From the human T2T-CHM13v2.0 reference genome, Homo sapiens: DNA of 64,000 bases. Both the position numbers and the translations under genes were made by a program. Below the pieces are notes generated by a model. The model had not been told where the DNA came from. It was given only the letters and a program-made list of their open reading frames with translations, and searched no databases. The stretch lies in the NCBI RefSeq assembly GCF_009914755.1, contig NC_060929.1; one strand, written 5' to 3'. This document shows positions 12,433-25,786 of this stretch, piece after piece. Position 1 is the stretch's first letter; every line of letters starts with the position of its first letter.

Positions 12433-12654
12433 CACGTAGGCAATGTATTTCCACGCGTGAGGCAGGAAGGGAATGAAGATCCCGAAGGTGGCCGAGGAAA
12501 GGCCCACGAAGACAGCCCAGGTCACCACCTGGAAGTAGTGCAGGGGTAACGACCAGCCGTTCACTCTGGAGATGCGGGGCGGCAAGACCAGCTTTTCATT
12601 ATTGAGTATGGCTTCTGGGGTGACGGAACACTGGCTCCCGGAGCGGGTGTCCAT
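12433..12654 (-). CDS. ZDHHC11: ZDHHC11 first coding exon (MDTRSGSQCSVTPEAILNNEK...YIAYV)
   Basis: ATG at 12654, GTG|GTATCC donor, 222 nt = 74 codons; recognised N-terminus; adjacency to BRD9 distinguishes it from paralog ZDHHC11B. Confidence 0.95.
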
Positions 12655-13803
12655 CTGCAGGACACAGAAGGGGAGGACCTGCGCCGTCAGATCCTGGGAG
12701 GGCCGGCCCCGCCCACTGTCACAGAGACCAAGGGGACTGGGAATGCAGCCGCCAGGACCAGCACTGACAGCCAATGGCCCAGCACTGCCTGGGGCCACGT
12801 TCCCCGCAGAGGGAGCAGGGGCTGGGCTGGAGTCGGTGCAGGGCCCCGCCCAGGGGAATGAACAGACATGCTGCAGAATGTGACCCCGGCCAGAGCCGAG
12901 TGGCAACGGAAAACGGCTCTCCAGGGTGTGGAGGACCCAGTGCCCGCGCGACCGCCCATCAGTTCCCCTGAGGATTTGTTACGTTCTGGGGAGTGCTCGA
13001 CAGCCCCCACACAGCGACAGGTCCCACAACCCGTTCACGAATACACAGGCCCACCCAGGACTCCCCAGGTGCAAGAAGAAAACCCACGTCAGAAAGAGGC
13101 CACACTGAGCAGAGGGCTGCGCCTGTGAGAAACTGAGGCAATGCCTGAAGAGCTCGTGAGCCGTTACTCACTGGTGCAACACTGAAACCTGCCAGATCCT
13201 CCCTGAGAGGCTTCTCTGAGCTTCCCAGAGGAGCAGGACCCGAGAGCTCACTTCACAGGGTCCTGTGTGTCTCCCCTTCCACAGGACAGGGAAGCCCGTC
13301 CAGCCACGCGGGGCTGGGGTCTCCGCCCGGGTGGACAGTGGCTGGGAGGTTCTGAACACGCTGCGGCTGCTCCTGGCCAGTCAGGTGGGGAGGGCGGCAG
13401 GGGTGGGAGGGACGTGGTGTCACAGAGCGGCAGTGAAAGACACTCAACGGCCGCTACGGGGTGGGGGGTTGATCTTGAGGGGCTGGGCGGTCTCTACAGA
13501 GGAGGGTTAGGAAGCTTCGCCACGTTATGCCTCGCTCAAAGTCCTTGTTGTCTCTTTGGGAAAAAACCTTCAGAAAATGAAGTTGATATTAAATGTATTT
13601 CTTTGAGAAGAGAGACATTGAGAAATAGTTAACAATTCTTCGTTCTTGCAGTCGTGAACGTCCATGATACAGTGGCTCTGCGCTGCCTTTGGTGGCTCCT
13701 CCCTGGTCCTCTAAATGTGACACCAGGCGGATGCGGGGCCACAGGACCCTGGGGCTTGAGTCACACAAGAATGTCTCTGGGAGACCCGAGAGACTCACAG
13801 TTA

Positions 13804-14280
<477 letters not shown>

Positions 14281-14527
14281 TCAAATCCAGGAAGGACCAC
14301 AGATCTTAGAGAGGAGAAGAGGGGAATCGCTCAGCGGCCTTGAGCCTTGAGCCTGGAGACAACACGTTCATCTGTCAGGATTTCAGAACAGAAAGGTGGA
14401 GAGTCTGTGAGAGAAAAAAGAAAACACTGAAGAACTTTGAGAAGACTGAAGACTTCAGGTCGAAACTGTGCACCAAGAGCTGGAAAGGATGATTGGAAAA
14501 AGTAATACATCCAAATTAGAGAAAATG

Positions 14528-17500
14528 TGAGCAAGCCAGGGAGACAGACCCCACAGAGGACAACGAGCAGCGGGGACAGACTCCACAGAGGACAGTGAGC
14601 CAGGGGGACAGACCCCACGGAGGACAATGAGCAGCGGGGACAGACGCCACGGAGGACAGTAAGCTGGAGGTACAGACTCCACAGAGGACAGTGAGCAAGG
14701 GGGACAGACCCCACGGAGGACAGCGAGCCGGGGGGACAGACCACACGGAGGACAGCGAGCAGCGGGGACAGACCCCACAGAGGACAGCAAACCGGGGGAC
14801 AGACCCCATGGAGGACAGCGAGCCGGGGGAAGAGACCCCACGGAGGACAGCAAGCAGCGGGGACAGACCCCACGGAGGACAGCGAGCCGGGGGTACAGAC
14901 CACACGGAGGACAGCGAGCAGCGGGGACAGACCCCACGGAGGACAGTGAGCAGCGGGGACAGACCCCGCGGAGGACAGCGAGCCGAGGGGACAGACCCCA
15001 CGCAGGACAGCAAGCAGCAGGGAAAGACCCCACGGAGGACAGCGAGCCAGGGGGACAGACCCCATGGAGGACAGCGAGCAGCGGGCACAGACCCCACGGA
15101 GGACAGCGAGCCAGGTGGACAGACCCCATGGAGGACAGCGAGCCAGGGGACACAGGCCCCACGGAGGACAATTAGCAGCGGGGACAGACCCCACGGAGGA
15201 CAGCGAGCCAGGGAGACAGACCCCACAGAGGACAGCGAGCCAGGGGGCAGAGACTCCACAGAGGACAGCGAGCCGGGGGGCACGGACCCCACGGAGGACA
15301 GTGAGCAGCGGGCACAGACCCCACAGAGGACAGTGAGCAGCAGGGATAGACCCCACCGAGGACAGCGAGTCGGGCACAGACCCCGCAGAGGACAGCGAGT
15401 CGGGGGTACAGACCCCACGGAGGACAGCGAGCCAGGGGGACAGACCCCACAGAGGACAGTGAGCAGCGGGGACAGACCCCACAGAGGACAGTGAGCCAGG
15501 GGGCACAGACCCCACAGAGGACAGCGAGCGAGGAGCACAGACCCCACAGAGGACAGCGAGCTGGGGAGACAGATCCCACAGAGGACAGTGAGCAGCGGGG
15601 ACAGACCCCACAGAGGACAGCAAGCCCGGGGGACAGACCCCACAGTGGACAGCAAGCCACGGGGACAGACCCCACAGAGGACAGCAAGCCAGGGGGACAG
15701 ACCCCACAGAGGACAGCGAGCCACGGGGACAGACCCCATGTAGGACAGTGAGCCAGGGAGACAGACCCCACAGAGGACAGTGAGCTGGGGAGACAGATCC
15801 CATGGAGGACAGCAAGCCGGGGGGACAGACCGCACAGAGGACAGTGAGCAGCGGGGACAGACCCCACCGAGGACAGCCAGCTGGGGGCACAGACCCCACA
15901 GAGGACAGTGAGCAGCGGGGACAGACCCCACAGAGGACAGCAAGCCAGGGGGACAGACCCCACAGAGGACAGCAAGCCAGGGGGACAGACCCCACAGAGG
16001 ACAGCAAGCCAGGGGGACAGACCCCACAGAGGACAGTGAGCTGGGGGCACAGATCCCATGGAGGACAGCAAGCCAGGGGGACAGACCGCACAGAGGACAG
16101 TGAGCAGCCGGGACAGACCCCACCGAGGACAGCGAGCCGGGGGGCACAGACCCCACGGAGGACAGTGAGGAGCGGGGACAGACCCCACAGAGGACAGCGA
16201 GCCGGGGGGCACAGACCACACAGAGGACAGCGAGCCGGGGGGACAGACCCCATGGAGGATAGCAAGCCAGGGGGTCAGACTGCCCAGAGGACATTGAGCA
16301 GTGTGGATAGACCCCACCAAGGACAGTGAGCCAGGGGCCACAGACCCCACGGAGGACAGCAAGCCAGGGGGACAGAACCCACAGAGGACAGCGAGCCGTG
16401 GGGACAGAACCCATGTAGGACAGAGAGCCAGGGAGACAGACCCCACGGAGGACAGTGAGCCGGGGGGCACAGACCCTACAGAGGACAGAGAGCCGGGGAG
16501 ACAGACCCCACGGAGGACAGTGAGCAGCTGGGACAGACCCCACAGAGGACAGCGAGCCGGGGGGAGAGACACCATGGAGGACAGCGAGCCGGGGAGACAG
16601 ATCCCACAGAGAACAGTGAGCCAGGGGTCACAGATCCCACAGAGGACAGCGAGCGAGTGGCACAGACCCCACAGAGGACAGCGAGCCAGGGTCACAGACC
16701 CCACAGAGGACAGTGAGCTGGGGGCACAGATCCCATGGAGGACAGCAAGCCGGGGGGACAGACCGCACAGAGGACAGTGAGCAGCCGGGACAGACCCCAC
16801 CGAGGACAGCGAGCCGGAGGGCACAGACCCCACGGAGGACAGTGAGGAGCGGGGACAGACCCCACAGAGGACAGCGAGCCGGGGGGCACAGACCACACAG
16901 AGGACAGCGAGCCGGGGGGACAGACCCCATGGAGGATAGCAAGCCAGGGGGTCAGACTGCCCAGAGGACAGTGAGCAGTGGGGATAGACCCCACCAAGGA
17001 CAGTGAGCCGGGGGGCACAGACCCCACGGAGGACAGCGAGCCAGGGGGACAGACCCCACAGAGGACAGTGAGCCAGGGGGACAGAACCCACAGAGGACAG
17101 CAAGCCAGGGGGACAGACCCCACAGAGGACAGCGAGCCGCGGGGACAGACCCCACGGAGGACAGCGAGCCGCGGGGACAGACCCCATGGAGGACAGCGAG
17201 CCGGGGGACACAGACCCTACAGAGAACAGAGAGCCGGGGAGACAGACCCCATGGAGAACAGTGAGCAGCGGGGACAGACCCCACAGAGGACAGCGAGCCG
17301 GGGGGAGAGACACCATGGAGGACAGCGAGCCAGGGAGACAGATCCCACAGAGGACAGCGAGCCAGGGGGCACAGACCCCACAGAGGACAGCGAGTCAGGG
17401 GGCACAGACCCCACAGAGGACAGAGAGCCGGGGAGACAGACCCCACAGAGGACAGCGAGCCAGGGGGCACAGACCCCATAGAGGACAGCGAGCCAGGGGG

Positions 17501-18090
17501 CACAGACCCCACAGAGGACAGTGAGCAGCGGGGACAGACCCCACAGAGGACAGCAAGCTGGGGTCACAGACCCCACAGAGGACAGCGAGCCGGCAAGACA
17601 GACCCCATGGAGGACAGCAAGCCGGGGGGACAGACCGCACAGAGGACAGTGAGCAGCGGGGACAGACCCCACCGAGGACAGTGAGCTGGGGGGCACAGAC
17701 CCCACAGAGGACAGCCAGCCGGGGGGACAGACCCCACGGAGGACAGTGAGCCGGGGGGACAGACCCCACAGAGGACAGTGAGCAGCGGGGACAGACCCCA
17801 CAGAGGACAGCGAGCGAGGGTTACAGACACCACAGAGGACAGTGAGCAGTGGGGACAGACCCCACAGAGGACAGTGAGCCGGGGGGCACAGACCCCACAG
17901 AGGACAGACAGCGAGCGAGGGGCACAGACCCCACAGAGGACAGTGAGCAGTGGGGATAGACCCCACCGAGGACAGCGAGCCGGGGGGACAGACCCCACAG
18001 AGGACAGACAGTGAGCGAGGGGCACAGACCCCGCGGAGGACAGCAAGCAAGGGGCATGGACCCCATGGAGGACAGCGAGCAGGGGACACG
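14528..18090. repeat. Large 32-33-bp VNTR (gaggacagcgagccggggggacagaccccaca), roughly 110 units
   Basis: Periodicity read directly (e.g. 14716 to 14748). Confidence 0.97.
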
Positions 18091-18181
18091 GACGTCACAT
18101 CAGCCAGAGAAGACTCCAGGACAGCTCCTTCCCCTCAGGCCCACGCTCAGCCTCGATACCACCGTGGCCTGTAAGCACGTT

Positions 18182-19148
18182 CATATACCACACCACACAA
18201 TCCACATCACACACCATATACCACACAGACCACGTACCACACACACCACACACCACACAACACAGACCACACTGACCACACACCGCATACCACATAAAAC
18301 ACACAACACACACCAAACAGAAACCACAACACACAAAACACAACACACACACAAGACACCACACACACCATACACCACACGCCACACACCACACAATACA
18401 TACCACATATATCATACAACACAGACCACCCACAACACATACCACAGACACACAACACAAACCACAAAACAGAAACCACACAACACACATCATACAGATT
18501 ACACACCACACCACACGAAACACACGAGACCACACAATCCACAACACACACCACCCACACACCACACAATACACAAAACAGATCACACACCACACAACTC
18601 CATGCACACCACACATGCACCACACACCACACAAACCACACGCACACACCTCACGCCACACATATGCAACAGAAGCAAAACACACACACCAAACACACCA
18701 CACACTGCACGTGCACCACGTGACAAGTACCAGACACCAACCACAAACGCATCACTCTCCCCATACCACACAGGGACCACACAATACACACAATACACAT
18801 CACGCACACAGAATACACACCACACACAGCACACCACACAAACCACACACAGAGCACACACACTTGCACTACACACTGCACACCACACACACCAAACATC
18901 ACACCACATACTGCACACATACCACACCCCCAAAATACCACACATACACCAAACCACACACCACACACACACCAAACCACACACCACCGAGCACACCCAT
19001 TTGCACTACACACCGCATACCACACACAGCACACAAACCACACACACCACATACCGCACACATACAACCCCCACAGAATACCACACACAACACACAATGC
19101 TCACACTCCCACACACACCACACAATGCACACACACTCCCACACACAA
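18182..19148. repeat. ~1-kb imperfect CA-rich low-complexity tract
   Basis: Almost entirely C/A on the plus strand. Confidence 0.95.
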
Positions 19149-19519
19149 TTCAAGTGAAAGGAGCATCTGTGAGTCATGACACTGAAGACTTGTAATGTTG
19201 GGTTCAGGTCCCCTTAGCACGACTAAGGCTGGATGGGCCCCCCTGTGTTATGACAACCGGACCGATGCCCGGGGAACTGGCTGCCCAGCACCGGGGCCTG
19301 CAGCGCAATCCTGTGTGGTGGACCCCAGGCGCCTCCTGTCTGCCCCCATCTGTGGATGTGGAGACAGCCCCCTTCTCAGACTGGGACTCCATCCTTCTCT
19401 GCACCACCACACATGAGAACCAGCCCCTGCCACAGACCCCAGAGACCACAGGTGCCCATCCCACCCTATCAGGTCTTTAAGATGCCATGACCTCCTCAGT
19501 CTTTCCTGTTTCCATCTGT

Positions 19520-20625
19520 GTATATGACACCAGGCCCCCAGAGTCTGTCCCGGTCCCATCCCTGTCTTTATGACACCAGGCCCCTAGAGTCTGTCCTGGT
19601 CCCCGTCCTATCTTTATGACTCCGTGGTCCCCCGAGTCTGTCCTGGTCCCCATCCTGTCTTTACGACACCAGGCCCCCAGAGTCTGTCCCGGTCCCATCC
19701 CTGTCTTTATGACACCAGGCCCCTAGAGTCTGTCCAGGTCCCATCCCTGTCTTTATGACACCATGGTCCCCTGAGTCTGTCTCGGTCCCCGTCCTGTCTT
19801 TATGACACCGTGGTCCCCCGAGTCTGTCCCGGTCCCCATCCTGTCTTTATGACACCGTGGTCCCCTGAGTCTGTCCAGGTCCCCATCCTGTCTTTATGAC
19901 ACCAGGCCCCCAGAGTCTGTCCTGGTCCCCGTCCTGTCTTTATGACACCGTGGTCCCCTGAGTCTGTCCAGGTCCCTGTCCTGTCTTTATGACACCAGGC
20001 CCCTAGAGTCTGTCCTGGTCCCCGTCCTATCTTTATGACACCGTGGTCCCCCGGGTCTGTCCCGGTCCTGTCCCAGGCCTGTCTTTATGACACCGTGGTC
20101 CCCTGAGTCTGTCCAGGTCCCTGTCATGTCTTTATGACACCAGGCCCCTAGAGTCTGTCCTGGTCCCCGTCCTATCTTTATGACACCGTGGTCCCCCGGG
20201 TCTGTCCCGGTCCTGTCCCAGGCCTGTCTTTATGACACCAGGCCCCCAGAGTCTGTCCTGGTCCCATCCCTGTCTTTATGACACCAGATCCCCAGAGTCT
20301 GTCCTGGTCCCCATCCTGTCTTTATGACACCAGGCCCCTAGAGTCTGTCCAGGTCCCAACCCTGTCTTTATGACACCAGGCCCCTAGAGTCTGTCCTGGT
20401 CCCCATCCTGTCTTTATGACACCGTGGTCCCCCAAGTCTGTCCAGGTCCCCGTCCTGTCTTTATGACACCGTGGTCCCTGAATCTATCCTGGTCCAAGTC
20501 CCCATCCTGTCTTTATGACACCATGGTCCCACAGGTCTGTCCTCTTCATCCCTGTCCTTCCTTTATGACACTGTGGTCCCTGAGTCTGTCCTCACCGTCC
20601 CTGCCCTTATGACACTCTGGCACCC
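19520..20625. repeat. 46-bp VNTR (ctgtctttatgacacc...agtctgtcctggtcccc), about 24 units
   Basis: Period 46 (19571 to 19617); two alternating sub-types. Confidence 0.95.
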
Positions 20626-21179
20626 CTGAGCATATCCTCACTCTCCTCCAGCCCCCCAAACGTGTCCTCGTCCCCCTCTGGGCCTGCTCAGCCACGCTTT
20701 TTCCATGGGGACCCTCTGGAAGCCACCCCACCCTGGTGAAACCTTCCATTCCTCTACTCCCCACAGTGGAAACGGCCTTTTCTGAGGCCCCTCATAAGAC
20801 AAATCCTCACAGCCTGAGTCCCGGACAGTCTTGCTGTGTTGCCTTTACTGCTTGACTCCTTCAGGAGTGCAGGGATTGCATCTGCCTTTTGGGAACATGG
20901 GAAAGTAAGGCCCCACTTTCCTTACCGCCAGAACCCACAGTTCCTTCTCACGCCTATCACATCACAGGTCCAGGCTGAAGAGCAAGAGAAAAGCAGCGTC
21001 GCTCTCGCTAACTCCAGACCAAAGTGAGAAGTGGGTGGGCTGCCCTGGTCGACACGGTAGCCATGGAACCCAGGGCGCCTCACAAAGCCATGGCAGTTGG
21101 GAGGATGAGGGGACAAGGGGGCATGAGGAGGGAGGAAAGCGTGAGATGGACTCGGGTGGAGGTGAAATAATGCATGCAG

Positions 21180-21608
21180 TGGTCCATTTCCAAGACAAGG
21201 TGGCTTGATCCGGTTTAGGTCAGCAAACTACAAAAAAACAGGACGTACTAGGCCCCTGCTTGGATGGGCCCCAATGCCTGCTTGTCGGCCTCCCCCTCCC
21301 TGCCTTCCCACCTGCTTAGCCGCCCTCACCTGAACCAAAGTAGTCTAAGATGAAAGTTTACTAGCCTGCAAAAGAGCTCGCTTTGTCTGTTCTTATCAGC
21401 CTGCCCAGCTACTCAGCTCTTAAGTCAAATACCTGAAAAGCCCCTGAGCTGACTAGGATTGCAACGCGTTGTGGTCCGCAACAAAATGCAGCAAGACAAC
21501 CCTAAAAAAAAACACCTAAAACCCCTACAACAACCAACAGGCGACGTCCAGGAAGACTGCGACCCCAGAGTACTCAGCCTAGGAGGAACCGGGGGAGGGA
21601 CCTGCGCA
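21180..21608 (+). mobile_element. Partial ERV1 LTR, LTR10-like
   Basis: Recalled similarity (agtctaagatgaaagtttactagcctgcaaaa...ggagggacctgcgca); boundaries approximate. Confidence 0.5.
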
Positions 21609-22559
21609 GCTGGTTCTGAGCAAAGACTTTGGCCACCGTGGCTCTCACTGACTTCAGCACGTGTTTTCGTAGTCTCGCGAGTGCAGGGAGTCTCAGCATT
21701 TTAGCAAGTTGTTTCACTGGCCATCCTCTGAGCTCAGGAATTCGGTCACTGGCTTAACTCGGAGCACAGCTTCACCACGACCCATGACAAGGAAGGGTTT
21801 CTCCTGAGAAGGGCCAGCAAGTGTGTTTAAGGACATCCTCCCTCCTGTCCCTGCAGCCCTCCTCCCTCAGTACTCAAGGCATTTCCAGTTCGTGTCGGTT
21901 GGGGGGGGTCCCCAAGGACTCCTATCTGAATGCCTCCGATGCGGGCCAGCTGCTGACGCTGACTTTGGGGGTGAGGACGGGAAGCTGGACAGGGATGCAC
22001 CCTTTCTGTTAGCAGGGGTCCCTCCAAGACCACCACCGTGAGGGAGTCGTCCACAGTCAGGGGCCCTCTTGCCGGCTGAAGCCTGCTGGGTCTCACTCTG
22101 GTGCCTGGAGCCTGCAGTGGCCAGAGGTCTGCTGCCCATGGACATCTTGTCTGTCAGGGGCACACACGAGGTACACAAGTAAGAGGAACAGCTGGGCTGG
22201 GGCGGGTGCCCAGGACGACATGGGGGGAAGGGGCAGGGAAGCCTACCTGACAGAGCTCTCCAGGACTCGGGGGCCCCTGCGGGGCAGCTGCTCTGGCCAG
22301 AGAGGCTGAGACGGTGCTGCTGGACCACTAAGGGTGACGGCAGGTCCCCCAGGACAAACGCCCCGTCTTGTAGCCTGGAGTGGCTTGTGAGGCCTCTTCC
22401 AAAGGTTTTCTTGCCAAACTCAGGACAACTGGCTTTTATTCACCAATGTCTGCAGTTAACGTCCTGACACCTGCAGGTATTGTGGCCCTGATGCTGTCTA
22501 AAGATTGAGGCAAACACCCTCAAACACACCTGCACACCCTCCTCCACCACCTGCACACC

Positions 22560-22908
22560 CAGTCTCAGTCCCCATGTGCTGCTGTAACAAAATACCTGAG
22601 ACGGAGTAATTTTAAAGAACAGAAACTTATTTCTCCCCATTCTGGAGGCTGGAAGTCCAAGATTCAGGAGCCAGCAGGTCTGGTGTCTGGCGAGGGGGGC
22701 GCTCAGCTTCCAAGGTGGTACCTTTCTGCTGCATCCTACGGAGGGGACAGACACTGTGTTCTCACGTGGAGGCGCTGGGAGGGTGAGAGGTCTCTGCTGA
22801 CTGAGGCCTGGTCTGCAAGGACCTTCATCCCCTTCACGGCCTCACCACTCCTAACACCATCACACTGGCCATTCGGTTATGACGCTTAAATTTTGGTGGA
22901 GACAAAAA
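22560..22908 (-). mobile_element. MaLR LTR (MST/MLT1A-like)
   Basis: gctgctgtaacaaaatacctgagac...ttctggaggctggaagtccaagat hallmark. Confidence 0.8.
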
Positions 22909-22911
22909 CCA

Positions 22912-23228
22912 CAGCACACCCACACCCCGACCCCTCACACCAAACACATCATGCACTCGCACACCCACACACCCACCTGCACCCCATACACACTCACACA
23001 CCCAATACCTGTACCTCATACACATCTGCACACCCCCATACATGCACCTTCATACGCACCTGCATAGACCCCATAGCTTCACCCCCATACACACCTGCAC
23101 ACCCCCACACCCGCACCCCATACACACCTGCACACACACCTGCACCCCATCCGAACCTGCACACCCCCACACCTGCACCCCATCCGAACCTGCACACCCC
23201 CACACCTGCAGCCCATGCACGCACTCCC
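22912..23228. repeat. CA-rich repeat (acacctgcacacccc)
   Basis: Read directly. Confidence 0.85.
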
Positions 23229-24659
23229 TATCCAGACTGAGGTCTTGGAGGAGACCCCTTTGCCCCTCCTCTGCCTCCCAATTCAGAACAGGAAGCTGTG
23301 AGCTCGGGGAGGGGTCAGGCACCTAAAAGTTGACAAGTGCCCAAGGTTAACAGATGGTGGGGGAGGCTCAGCCACACTCAGAGGACCTAGGGTAGTTCTG
23401 GGCGACTGGGCATCTGCCTCAGTTTCCCCACCTGCAACAAAGCCCTGAGGGCACCACGGGGTGAGCGGATCTTGGATTCTGCAGGCCCCAGAACCACCAA
23501 AGGGTGGGAGGGGCTGGACAGAGGTTGGAAGTGTGGCCCAAGCCAAGCCCAGAGGATGCCACCTCCCACACAGCAGGTCCCACCACCCTCCTGCTTCCTG
23601 GCTCAGACAAGCACAGGCTTGCAGGGCCCTGGCCGGCGATGCACAGCTGCTGGCCCTCACGCCCCACAATCTGCAAGTGGTCCCTGTCACTGCCGCCCTC
23701 TGCTCCCAGCTATCTCCCCCTCCCCTACCCAGGTTCTGCCCACATCAAGCGGGGAGCAGGGTAGGGGGTACCGGTAGCTGTTCCCTGCCTGCACAGGGAG
23801 AGCTGGAGCTGCACACCCAGCCGCTCCCCAGGCTGAGACACGGCCATGTCTGTGGGGCCTCCCTGGAAAGCTCTTGTGTCCTGTCAGACACAGGCGTGGC
23901 AGCCTGTTCCCCTCTGCCCCTCCTCTGGCCTCAACGTGAGATGGCTGCCACAGCAGCAGTCACTGTGTGACCACAAAGGAAGCATCCAGGGACCAGAGAG
24001 AAGCTGAGCTCAGGGAAGGCCCCAGCCCCTGCTCCCTCCACCGTGGCTGCTCTGTGCCCTGGCATGCGGGCTTGGGGACACCCAAAGGTGGTGTACCCAC
24101 AAAAGAGGGTGGAGGGGCTCACGGGCTGCTAGCAAGAGCAGAGGCTGCCGGAATCCCGGGGAGGCCACGCATGACCTACCTGGACAGCTCCAGCCACCAC
24201 TAGGGCCCTCTAAGTCCTGCAGGATCAGCTGACCAGGGTGGCCCCGTATCTGCGCAGCCCAAGGGGCAGCGGGAGGAGCCCTGGACTCTCCAGCCCACTC
24301 CCATCTCCTGACCCGAGGGGAGCCTCTCGGCCTGTAGGTCACCCATAGGCCTCTTCAAGATGTCCCCTCATTGCACACTCACTAAGACTGAAGCCACGTG
24401 GTGGCTGCTGCCCAGTGCCCCTCTCTGCTGGGACCCTGTGGACCAACAATGCCGCCCAGAGGGATAGCCAGTCTCGGGGACCTCGGGGAGTGAGGGGTGC
24501 AGGAACAAGGGCCAGGCCACCAGGAAGCCGGGCAGGGTGGCTGCCTCCCGCAGCTCAGCACTGCCTGTGGGCTGCACCTGACCTCCACCCAGAAACTGCT
24601 TCAGAGCGCTACGAGCCCAGAGGGACGGCCGCCCACGCCTGCCGCACCATGAGGGCACA

Positions 24660-24900
24660 GCTGTGTCATCTCGATGCAGGCTGCTTTGTGCTGCTGTAAA
24701 AGAATGCCTGAGACTGGGTAACCTGAAAGACACGAGGCTTATTTGGCTCATGGTCCTGGGGCTGCAAAGTTTAAGACGGGGCCCCAGCATGTGGCGAGGG
24801 CTCCTCCACTCACAGTGGATGTGGAGCGAGGTGTTCAGAGATCGGATGGTGGGAGGACACCTGACTCCACAGCAACCTGCTGTCAGGAGCCACGTTGTTC
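24660..24900 (-). mobile_element. MaLR LTR fragment (MST-like)
   Basis: tgctgctgtaaaagaatgcctgagactgggtaa...atttggctcatggt. Confidence 0.6.
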
Positions 24901-25786
24901 CTGAGCCCAAGCTCTCCAAGGCTGTACCCTGGGGACCCGGCTGTGGGAAGTGTCTGTCCTGTTAAGGGAATCCTGGCCTCTGGAGCCCCAGTGGAAGCTG
25001 GGTGCGGTACACAGCCCCACTGAGCTTGGGACTGCAGATGCTGCCTTTCCCAGCCTCCCTGCAGCAAGGGCGTCCTCCCAGAGTTGGGGGTGGGGAGCAG
25101 AGCCTGCAGGCAGCCACTGGAACGGTGCACTTGGTGGCATCCAGGGACAGGATGGCAGGTGCAGCTGTGCAGACAAGCGTGGAGTCTGCTTCCCAGCCAG
25201 CACGGAGGGTGCAGCCCAGGCTCTGCCCCTCGTCTGAGCCCTGTTCACAAACTCTTCCTGTGAGTCAGCTACTGTGGCTTCTTCATGCTCTGTCCAGAGG
25301 CAATGGCTTTGCTCCCACTTCCACCAGGGCCCAGGAAGGACCTGAGAATGCTCACCCATGCCACACAGAGCACCGGCCACCCTGCTCACCCAGCGTCAAT
25401 GGCCTGCGAGGGTCAGCCCTGTGGTCCCGTGGTGTGAGGGCCCAGGCACTGCATACTGCCCCCGGGGCCTCTTCAGAGTCACAAATGCCGCTGCCCCCAG
25501 GACGACTGAGCTCCCATCCATGCCTGGCCTCTGGAAGGTGTGGCTTCTTCACTTTCAAGTTTCCATGGTCACAGAGCAGGGCACCCTGCAGGAGGTGCTG
25601 GTGGGCGCACAGGTGCACCTGATGTCACTGTGGGCACGACAGCTGGGCCAGAGGACCACCACCAGCTGGTAGGACACAGCACCCTCGCGTGCTGGGAGCA
25701 GTTGGGTGCACTTTGGCGCTCTGTGTCTTGTGACTGGAAGCTGTGTTTATGGTATTTTGCAAATACTAACATAAATGGGCACTCAG

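Noticed and set aside
12433-12654. Calling the DHHC gene ZDHHC11B
   Set aside because: The N-terminus matches my recall of ZDHHC11 and it lies directly beside BRD9.
14331-18098. Overlapping 600-700-aa Cys/Pro/Ser-rich ORFs
   Set aside because: Produced by a stop-poor 32-33-bp VNTR in several frames at once; no domain or splice support.
18011-19195. His/Thr-rich and Cys/Val-rich ORFs
   Set aside because: Translations of a CA/TG low-complexity tract.
14528-20625. CRISPR-like arrays
   Set aside because: Units are head-to-tail with no unique spacers, there are no cas genes, and the DNA is human.
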